From: Alysiella filiformis
GTDB lineage: Bacteria > Pseudomonadota > Gammaproteobacteria > Burkholderiales > Neisseriaceae
Reading direction: 5' to 3'
DNA length: 24,000 nucleotides
NCBI RefSeq assembly: GCF_014054525.1
Contig: NZ_CP059564.1
Location: 48,357 to 72,356 of the forward strand
Part shown: positions 9,369 through 17,321 of the stretch, one piece after another
How the letters are laid out: every line of letters begins with the position of its first letter
Position numbering within the stretch: position 1 is the first letter of the stretch
Notes under the pieces: model-generated
Told to the model about the DNA's origin: nothing
Database searches by the model: none
The model's input: the letters and a program-made list of their open reading frames with translations, nothing else
Made by a program: the position numbers and the translations under genes

Positions 9369-9533
9369 CGAATTTTTATGCCTACTTAATTATCAATACC
9401 AAAACACAAAATTTCCAAATGCAGTACAATATAATTCAATTAAAAACAACTAGATAAAAAACACCAATCACATTACATTAGCCATGCTTTCAAAGCAAAC
9501 ATCTCAACTTAAATTTTAAAAAGGAAAGTCATC

Positions 9534-10709
9534 ATGGCTAAACAATACCGTAAACCCACAAATGAAGTTACCATTATTTATGGTGGTCGCAGCCCTGCTG
9601 GACGTGATACGCTTAATCCAAAAGATGTATTACCAAACGGTATGACAGCAAAACAACATTGTGAAAAATTGATTGCTGAACGCGGCGGCAAAGGGCATTT
9701 CATTGAAAAAAATTCTGAATTGGAAGATGTATGTATGTTGCACAGTTGCAGCTATTTTGGCGGCTGCTATGAAGCTGCCGAATACAGCTACCATTACGCA
9801 CTTTGCACCGAAATTGAATTTACCGCCACACTCAATGGCAAAGCCACTACCGCCAAAGAACTGGCAGCCTTAAAAGGTGGCGAGCGTGTGATTATCACAG
9901 CCAATCAAGATGTCGCTTGGTCTGCCAACGACAATAAAAAATTGGAAAAAGTGGCAATTAACCCAACTACCTATTCATTTACCATGCCCAAAGTAGGCTC
10001 ATTTACCATTAAAGCAACAGGAAAATGCGACCCGAAAGCGAGTAAAAGTGTTACGGTTGCAGTAAAAACAACCATTACATCGCCAGCACCCAAACCACAA
10101 TTTCCCAAAGACAAATTCATTGATGAACTTTATAAAGCAATGGATGAATTTAGTATTAAAGAGAAAAATGACCGTGCTGCCTTTTTAGCAAATGTTGAAC
10201 ATGAAACTATGGGTTTTAAAAGTTTATCAGAAGGTCAAGGCTTAAAATACACATTCAAAAACTGGAAAACAATTAACAAAAATACAAAAAATTGGGCAGC
10301 ACAAAAAGGGATGAATGCAGAAAGTGAATTTAACAAATTATCAGAACAAGATAAAATCAATATTATGTATCGCAATATGATTGGTAATAACAAACCAAAT
10401 GATGGTTGGGAATTTCGTGGGCGCGGCGCAATTCAATTAACAGGTAGGGGAAATTATCAAGGATTTGCCAACTACGCCAAACGTCCTGATATCATGACTA
10501 ATCCCAATTTAATTGCGACAGATATTATATTAGCTGCTCGTGCATCTGCATGGTTTTGGAAAAAAGGCTCACAAGCCAGCACATTAGCTTTAAAAGGTGA
10601 TTTCAGAAAATCACGTTTAACAGTCAATCATGGACGAGGTATGGAAGAAACTTTAAACTTTATCAATCGATATCTTTCAGGTAAAGGTTCTATTCCACTT
10701 TATCGTTAA
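9534..10709 (+). CDS. Leaderless multidomain protein with C-terminal GH19/COG3179 lysozyme (chitinase-like) domain; candidate secreted peptidoglycan-hydrolase toxin
   Basis: 391 aa; RBS aaaggaaag lies 6 nt before the ATG. C-terminal motifs are AAFLANVEHETMGFKSLSEG, FRGRGAIQLTGRGNYQGF and ARASAWFWKK. No N-terminal hydrophobic leader. Cys-rich N-terminal ~90 aa, central beta-rich ~90 aa, PAPKPQFP linker. AT-rich codon usage unlike the flanks. Confidence 0.75.
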   Translation: MAKQYRKPTNEVTIIYGGRSPAGRDTLNPKDVLPNGMTAKQHCEKLIAERGGKGHFIEKNSELEDVCMLHSCSYFGGCYEAAEYSYHYALCTEIEFTATLNGKATTAKELAALKGGERVIITANQDVAWSANDNKKLEKVAINPTTYSFTMPKVGSFTIKATGKCDPKASKSVTVAVKTTITSPAPKPQFPKDKFIDELYKAMDEFSIKEKNDRAAFLANVEHETMGFKSLSEGQGLKYTFKNWKTINKNTKNWAAQKGMNAESEFNKLSEQDKINIMYRNMIGNNKPNDGWEFRGRGAIQLTGRGNYQGFANYAKRPDIMTNPNLIATDIILAARASAWFWKKGSQASTLALKGDFRKSRLTVNHGRGMEETLNFINRYLSGKGSIPLYR

Positions 10710-10723
10710 ATAATACCAGTCAA

Positions 10724-10762
10724 AATCCAAGCTGTATTGTTTTAAATCATACGGCTTGGATT
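10724..10762 (+). other. Intercistronic stem-loop between the hydrolase gene and its partner
   Basis: aatccaagc (10724-10732) pairs with gcttggatt (10754-10762): 9-bp perfect stem, 21-nt loop, no U tail. It ends 21 nt before the next ATG. Confidence 0.45.
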
Positions 10763-10783
10763 AAAAGATTTAAGGAAACATTT

Positions 10784-11188
10784 ATGAAAAAATATTTATC
10801 ACTTTTATTACTTGGCTTAACACCGTTTACCTTTGCCAAAGAAACCTTGGAATTTTTGTGCAACACCGACCACAATGGAAAAGTCAGCATCCACTCCACA
10901 CCCCAAAAGTCCCATTATATTTACCGATTTTATAAAAATGGTAAATTAAAACTAACGATTAAGCACAATTATCAGCAAATTTTTCAAAACAGTTTAAATG
11001 AGAACCATATATCAATTATGCGTTTTCAAAATAACAATTATCAGTATTCCATTTATAACGCAGATTTTCGTTATGCAGGTGCTGATAATCCCGTAGCTGG
11101 CATTGAAATTACAACCCTAAATGATAAAGAATTCGTATCAAGATTAGCATGTATTAAAATTCATAAAAATTTTTCAAATATTCAATAA
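10784..11188 (+). CDS. Small exported (periplasmic) protein; candidate cognate immunity protein
   Basis: 134 aa; RBS taaggaaa. Sec-type signal peptide MKKYLSLLLLGLTPFTFA|KE. Mature part is N/Y/H-rich with two Cys (FLCNTD, LACIKI). Lies 74 nt downstream of the hydrolase on the same strand and is the lowest-GC stretch hand-counted. Confidence 0.65.
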   Translation: MKKYLSLLLLGLTPFTFAKETLEFLCNTDHNGKVSIHSTPQKSHYIYRFYKNGKLKLTIKHNYQQIFQNSLNENHISIMRFQNNNYQYSIYNADFRYAGADNPVAGIEITTLNDKEFVSRLACIKIHKNFSNIQ

Positions 11189-11476
11189 TCACATCACTAT
11201 TGGTTTAAAGAATACATTATCCTTGGTTACACAATATCAAAACAATAAAGGACAAATTCCATTATTAAAATAATCTAAAATACAAAAAAACAGTCCGAAT
11301 ATTCTCTTGATGAATTTCATTGATAATACTCGGATACAATCATGATTTCAACATTTATCTATAAAGCAAGTCCAATCATGCAAAAACACCTATCTCTTAT
11401 TATTTTATGTTTTTTCTATGTATCACATACAGTGGTCATGCAAAAAATACAGATATGATAAAAATTCAAAATGATT

Positions 11477-11491
11477 TTCAGGCAGCCTGAA
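11477..11491. repeat. DUS palindrome TTCAGGCAGCCTGAA, right edge of the AT-rich insert
   Basis: Exact 15-mer; first of two direct copies 30 bp apart, downstream of the SBP gene stop. Confidence 0.85.
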
Positions 11492-11506
11492 AAGCCAAAA
11501 TGCGCT

Positions 11507-11521
11507 TTCAGGCAGCCTGAA
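11507..11521. repeat. DUS palindrome TTCAGGCAGCCTGAA
   Basis: Exact 15-mer; second direct copy, 21 nt beyond the SBP gene stop. Confidence 0.85.
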
Positions 11522-11541
11522 ACATTTGAAAAATCAAAATA

Positions 11542-12471
11542 TTATTTTTGTTCTGCGCTGGCAGATTGTGCGCCAACATCGGGGCGTACACTCACATCTT
11601 CGCCAAAAAATTGTTCGCCCAATTTTTTCAATGTGCCGTCTGCTTTCAACTCGTTCATCACGCTGCTGATTTTGGCAAGGGCTTCATCATTGCCTTTGTT
11701 CATCACCAAGCCTGCGCCCAATTTTTCTTCGGCAGGGGTACGCCAAACGTATTTCAGACCTGCGTCAGGATTTTTCTTCAAATAATCCAGCAGCGACAAT
11801 TCGTCATTGAGCGTAATGTCGGCGCGTTTTTGTTGCACATTCAGCAAGCCTTGCGCCATGGTGTCGGTATGCACCAAATCTGCGCCCATTTTTTTCGCCA
11901 CTTCATCGTAATTGGAACCCAACATCACGGTGGTTTTCATGCCTTTGATGTCTTCCAATTTGGCGATGGGGGCGTGGTCGTTACGCGCGACTATCATTTT
12001 GCCGCTCCAACTGTATGGTTCGGCTTTGTCAAATTGGGCTTGGCGTTCGGGCGATGTGAGCGCAACTTGGTTTGCCACCAAATCAAAACGCCCTGCTTTT
12101 AAGCCTGCCATCATCGCGTCCCATGGGGTTTCTTTAAATTCCACTTTCACACCCAATTTGGCGGCAACGGCACGGGTTACTTCCACATCATAACCTGTTA
12201 AAGTGCCGTCCTTTTCGTGATAGGAAAAGGGGGCGTAAGTACCCATTGTGCCAACCAAAATGGTTTCTTTTTTGTTGATTTTTTCCATCAGGCTGCCTGT
12301 AAGGGCAACAGGAGCAGAGGCAGCTTGCGATGCTGCACCATCGGCTTGCGCGGCACTGGCTGTGCTGAGAGCAGGCGGATTGGTTTTTTGTTCGCTGGCA
12401 CTGCCGTTTTGTTGTCCGCAAGCAGATAAAATCAACGCCAAGCTGGCACTCAACATCAGTTTTTTCAACAT
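11542..12471 (-). CDS. Amino-acid (cystine/polar amino acid type) ABC transporter substrate-binding lipoprotein
   Basis: 309 aa. Lipobox LALILSAC, then a ~45-aa Ala/Ser/Gln-rich linker, then a family-3 SBP core (LVGTMGTYAPFSY, GYDVEV, WDAMMAGLKAGRFDLVANQV, DGTLKKLGEQFFGEDVS). No permease or ATPase gene adjacent. Confidence 0.85.
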   Translation of the reverse strand: MLKKLMLSASLALILSACGQQNGSASEQKTNPPALSTASAAQADGAASQAASAPVALTGSLMEKINKKETILVGTMGTYAPFSYHEKDGTLTGYDVEVTRAVAAKLGVKVEFKETPWDAMMAGLKAGRFDLVANQVALTSPERQAQFDKAEPYSWSGKMIVARNDHAPIAKLEDIKGMKTTVMLGSNYDEVAKKMGADLVHTDTMAQGLLNVQQKRADITLNDELSLLDYLKKNPDAGLKYVWRTPAEEKLGAGLVMNKGNDEALAKISSVMNELKADGTLKKLGEQFFGEDVSVRPDVGAQSASAEQK

Positions 12472-12504
12472 GATTGTTCTCCAAAAAAGTAAAAGGGAAA
12501 GATG

Positions 12505-12533
12505 ATTGTAAAATAATGTTATCCGTTTACTAA
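12505..12533 (-). promoter_or_regulatory. Putative sigma70 promoter of the SBP gene
   Basis: On the minus strand: TTAGTA (12533-12528), 17 nt, TACAAT (12510-12505), about 35 nt upstream of the ATG at 12471. Sequence pattern only. Confidence 0.3.
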
Positions 12534-12581
12534 AGATTTTTTGATTATTTTAAGATGGGTTTTGGCTACGCTGAACTTTGT

Positions 12582-12596
12582 TTCAGGCAGCCTGAA
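12582..12596. repeat. DUS palindrome TTCAGGCAGCCTGAA
   Basis: Exact 15-mer, 11 nt downstream of the permease stop. Confidence 0.85.
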
Positions 12597-12606
12597 AACC
12601 GCTTTT

Positions 12607-13833
12607 TTAACCAATCACCGCAGGCAACCAATCCCATTTAATCAAAAACGGCACATGCACAATAATCAAACCCAACACCGCCGACACCAACAAAGCAGCA
12701 TACCCCCCCTTCACACGATATGGCAAATTGGGGTGTTTTTTGCGAACCTGCCACGCCAAAGCCGCAGGCAGCACCACCGCATAAAACGCAAACATCTGCC
12801 CCGCATAACCCAAAGCCTTAATGAAACCTTCGGGGTAAAACAGCACAAACAACAACGATGGCAAAAAAGTCATCACAGACAAAACCAAACGATTCAAACG
12901 CTTATTGCAAGATTTAACCAGCAAATCGTCCAAACATTCCAGCAAACCCAATGCCACGCCCAAAAACGAAGTAATCAACGCCAATGCCGAAAACAACGCC
13001 ACCGCCCCAGCCACCACATTGCTGCCCGTTACCACCCGAATCGCTTCCACCAAACCTTGCAAATTCGGTTTTTGTGTGATGATTTCGGTAAAAGTGGCTT
13101 GGCTCAAAACCCCATGTGTTGCCAGTTGCCACACAATGTAGCCCGCCAAAGTAATCAACGAACCCATCACCACCGAACCGCGCAACGCCGCCACATTGCC
13201 TTCCAAATAACGGTTTAAGCTGTGAATCGAACCGTGAAAACCAAACGATGTGAAAAACACAGGGCTGGCTGAAACCAACAAAGCATAATCCAAAGGCATT
13301 TCCAGCAAATAACCCAAAGACAATTTCGGCAACATCAACACCAGCACCAAAGCAAACGCCACCAACATCGCCACAAACAACAATCGGTTTACCGCGTCCA
13401 CCACTTTGGTGCTAATCGCCACAAATCCCCCAAAAATCAAGGTAAACACCACCGCCGACACAATTTTTAAGCCATCGCCTGCGCTTTCCACACCCTGCAA
13501 ATTTGCCACCTGTTGCGCCACAATGCCGCCACCACCCGCAATGTATGCCGCCAACAAAGCATACAAAAACACCAACAACACAATATTGGTTACAATTTTG
13601 CCCCATTTACCAAAATATTGTCCTGCCAACGTGCCAATGCTCGCCTCTGAATCGGTGGTTTGGAACACCTCCACAAACAACAAGGCACTGTATGTCAGCA
13701 AAAGCCACAGTGCCAATAACAAAATCACCGTCCATGTGAAACCAATGCCAGCCGAAGTCAGCGGCATTGCCAGCATACCCGCACCAATCATCGTGCCAGC
13801 AACCAATAATGTACTGCCCAATTTTTTGTTCAT
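12607..13833 (-). CDS. tyrP: Tyrosine-specific transport protein (TyrP/TutB/Mtr aromatic amino acid permease, HAAAP family)
   Basis: 408 aa, colinear with E. coli TyrP as recalled: LGSTLLVAGTMIGAGMLAMPL, FTSFGFHGS, ALITSFLGVALGL, FYPEGFIKALGYAG, YRVKGG. Immediately downstream of tpl on the same strand; AGGAG RBS. Confidence 0.88.
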   Translation of the reverse strand: MNKKLGSTLLVAGTMIGAGMLAMPLTSAGIGFTWTVILLLALWLLLTYSALLFVEVFQTTDSEASIGTLAGQYFGKWGKIVTNIVLLVFLYALLAAYIAGGGGIVAQQVANLQGVESAGDGLKIVSAVVFTLIFGGFVAISTKVVDAVNRLLFVAMLVAFALVLVLMLPKLSLGYLLEMPLDYALLVSASPVFFTSFGFHGSIHSLNRYLEGNVAALRGSVVMGSLITLAGYIVWQLATHGVLSQATFTEIITQKPNLQGLVEAIRVVTGSNVVAGAVALFSALALITSFLGVALGLLECLDDLLVKSCNKRLNRLVLSVMTFLPSLLFVLFYPEGFIKALGYAGQMFAFYAVVLPAALAWQVRKKHPNLPYRVKGGYAALLVSAVLGLIIVHVPFLIKWDWLPAVIG

Positions 13834-13873
13834 GATGATGCCACTCCTGTGTCCAAATTAAAGGTGGGGGCTT

Positions 13874-13888
13874 TTCAGGCAGCCTGAA
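13874..13888. repeat. DUS palindrome TTCAGGCAGCCTGAA
   Basis: Exact 15-mer in the tpl-tyrP spacer. Confidence 0.85.
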
Positions 13889-14007
13889 AACCCATTTTCA
13901 CCCCAAAATCCCAAATATACAGATACAAAAAGGGAACAGCCAGTCTATGCCACAACATTTTAACCAACTGCTCCCAAATTCATTTCAATTTAATTCAATC
14001 AAAACAA

Positions 14008-15465
<1,458 letters not shown>

Positions 15466-15601
15466 TTACATTCGGTAACAAAATTTAAGTAATTGTATGC
15501 TTGAAAGCGACACCGTTGCAATATTTTTATCATCTTAAAAATCAAAAAGATGAAAATTTTTTTCGCCATCATCAATTTCAAAATGGGTTTATTTTCACAT
15601 T

Positions 15602-15648
15602 GAAAATGCCAAAATTGGTGCAAATTCAGCACGATTTTTGCCATTTTC
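15602..15648. promoter_or_regulatory. 47-bp imperfect palindrome (candidate operator) in the tpl / speE-like divergent region
   Basis: gaaaatgccaaaattggtgc (15602-15621), aaattca, gcacgatttttgccattttc (15629-15648): 17 of 20 arm positions are complementary. Followed by the direct repeat ctacattg at 15651-15658 and 15661-15668 (10-bp period). Confidence 0.35.
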
Positions 15649-15671
15649 GCCTACATTGAGCTACATTGCAT

Positions 15672-15686
15672 TTCAGGCAGCCTGAA
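15672..15686. repeat. DUS palindrome TTCAGGCAGCCTGAA
   Basis: Exact 15-mer. Confidence 0.85.
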
Positions 15687-15733
15687 ATGCGAAAAATGCT
15701 AAAATCGCGTTTATTTTTGCGATTTTTCGGCTT

Positions 15734-17248
15734 ATGAAATTTTCACGCACCCTGATTTTGTCTGTGTTTATCGTGGCAAGCTGCGGTTTGGCTTACGAGC
15801 TGATTATGGCGGCATTGGCAAGCTATTTGTTGGGCGACAGCATTTTTCAATATTCGTTTATCATTGGTTTGTATTTGTTTTCAATGGGGATTGGGGCGCA
15901 CATCACGCGCTACATTTCAGACCAAGACACGCTCACACGGTTCATAGAAATTGAATTGCTGGTGGGTTTATTGGGTGGCATTTCTGCCTTGTTTTTGTTT
16001 GTGGCGTTTGGTTTTGCGGCTGCGCCATTTCGCACTTTGCTTTACGCGCTGGTTTTCATCATTGGCACGATAGTGGGCATGGAAATTCCGCTTGTGATGC
16101 GCGTACTCAATCATCAAGATATTGATTTTAAAGAAATCGTATCGCGTGTTTTGACTTTTGATTATTTGGGGGCATTGGCGGTATCGTTGTTGTTTCCGCT
16201 TGTGCTTGCGCCCAAATTGGGCATGGCGCGTTCGGCTTTGCTGTTTGGTTTGCTCAATGCGGCGGTGGCGTGGCTGACGGCACGGGTTTTCAGGCAGCAT
16301 TTGCCCAATTTCAAATCATTGAATTTTCGTGCTTATTTTGTTTTGATGATGTTGTTGCTGGCATTTGTGTATGCCAACCGTTTGGTGTTTGCGGCAGAGC
16401 AGAAATATTTTGGCGACCCTGTGGTTTACGAAAGCCATTCGCCCTATCAACGCTTGGTGGTAACGCAATGGAAAGACGATATCCGATTGTACATTAACGG
16501 CAATTTGCAATTTTCATCGCGCGATGAAAAGCGTTATCACGAGGCGTTGGTCATTCCCGCCATGCAAATGGCAGCGCAACACCAGCGCGTGTTGATTTTG
16601 GGTGGCGGAGACGGCTTGGCAGCGCGTGAAGTGCTGAAATTCCCACAAGTTCAAAGCGTTACCCTGATTGACCTAGACCCTGAAATGACCCAAACCTTTC
16701 AGACTGCCCCCAAATTGACCGCGCTCAATCAAAACGCGCTCAACCACCCCAAAATGCGGATTATCAATGACGATGCCGCCCAATGGCTTGAAAAAAATCA
16801 AGAAAAATTTGATGTGATGATTGTGGATTTGCCCGACCCGTCCAATTTTGCGCTGGGCAAACTGTATTCCGTGCCGATGTATCGCTTGACGGCACGGCAT
16901 TTGGCAGAAGGGGGCAAAATCGTGATTCAATCCACTTCGCCCTATTTTGCGCCCAATGCGTATTGGTCGGTGGTGGCGACTTTGGAGGCGGCAGGGCTGC
17001 ACACCGCGCCCTATCACGCTTATGTACCCAGTTTTGGCGAATGGGGTTTTGTGCTGGCAAGCGCGAAAAACGATTTCAGGCTGCCTGAAAAAGTGGACGT
17101 TCCCAGCCATTTTCTCAACGCCACCACTTTGCGGCAAATGTTTGATTTTCCACCCGATATGGCACGGCGCAATGTGGAACCCAATTATTTGAACAACCAA
17201 AAATTGGTTGCCTATTTTGAGCAAGATTGGGCGGAAGTGATACGCTGA
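15734..17248 (+). CDS. Membrane-anchored polyamine aminopropyltransferase (spermidine synthase-like) protein
   Basis: 504 aa. N-terminal ~200 aa has multiple hydrophobic helices. C-terminal SpeE fold motifs: YQRLVVTQ, VLILGGGDGLAAREVLKFP, VTLIDLDPEM, DVMIVDLPDP. Confidence 0.82.
   Translation: MKFSRTLILSVFIVASCGLAYELIMAALASYLLGDSIFQYSFIIGLYLFSMGIGAHITRYISDQDTLTRFIEIELLVGLLGGISALFLFVAFGFAAAPFRTLLYALVFIIGTIVGMEIPLVMRVLNHQDIDFKEIVSRVLTFDYLGALAVSLLFPLVLAPKLGMARSALLFGLLNAAVAWLTARVFRQHLPNFKSLNFRAYFVLMMLLLAFVYANRLVFAAEQKYFGDPVVYESHSPYQRLVVTQWKDDIRLYINGNLQFSSRDEKRYHEALVIPAMQMAAQHQRVLILGGGDGLAAREVLKFPQVQSVTLIDLDPEMTQTFQTAPKLTALNQNALNHPKMRIINDDAAQWLEKNQEKFDVMIVDLPDPSNFALGKLYSVPMYRLTARHLAEGGKIVIQSTSPYFAPNAYWSVVATLEAAGLHTAPYHAYVPSFGEWGFVLASAKNDFRLPEKVDVPSHFLNATTLRQMFDFPPDMARRNVEPNYLNNQKLVAYFEQDWAEVIR
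17075..17089. repeat. DUS palindrome TTCAGGCTGCCTGAA
   Basis: Exact 15-mer in the coding sequence; encodes FRLPE. Confidence 0.85.
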
Positions 17249-17272
17249 ATTTTATCGTGCTGCCAACCTACC

Positions 17273-17296
17273 CCCTCCCCTGCTTGCGGGGGAGGG
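17273..17296. repeat. GC-rich hairpin repeat unit between convergent genes (probable bidirectional terminator or RNA stabiliser)
   Basis: ccctcccc (17273-17280) pairs with ggggaggg (17289-17296). The 25 nt cccctcccctgcttgcgggggaggg (17272-17296) are identical to 4510-4534. A degenerate DUS (acaggcaacctaaaa) follows. Confidence 0.65.
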
Positions 17297-17321
17297 AACA
17301 GTTTACAGGCAACCTAAAAAA

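Noticed and set aside
9384-9402. Fur-box-like ttgataatt in the nqrA / hydrolase divergent region (iron control would suit a TonB-dependent bacteriocin)
   Set aside because: The best alignment to the 19-bp Fur consensus is only about 11/19 by hand, which is within expectation for AT-rich DNA.
9534-10709. Interpreting the GH19-like gene as a prophage endolysin
   Set aside because: This reading is not fully excluded. However, the window has no holin, spanin, structural, integrase or repressor genes. The protein is about twice the size of typical Gram-negative endolysins and has two extra N-terminal parts. The downstream gene encodes a signal-peptide protein that is not coiled-coil and not holin-like. 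It is kept as the alternative hypothesis in the finding.
11477-11521. Two identical 15-nt repeats with a 15-nt spacer, which could look like a tiny CRISPR array
   Set aside because: There are only two copies, the repeats are the ubiquitous DUS palindrome, and there are no cas genes and no leader.
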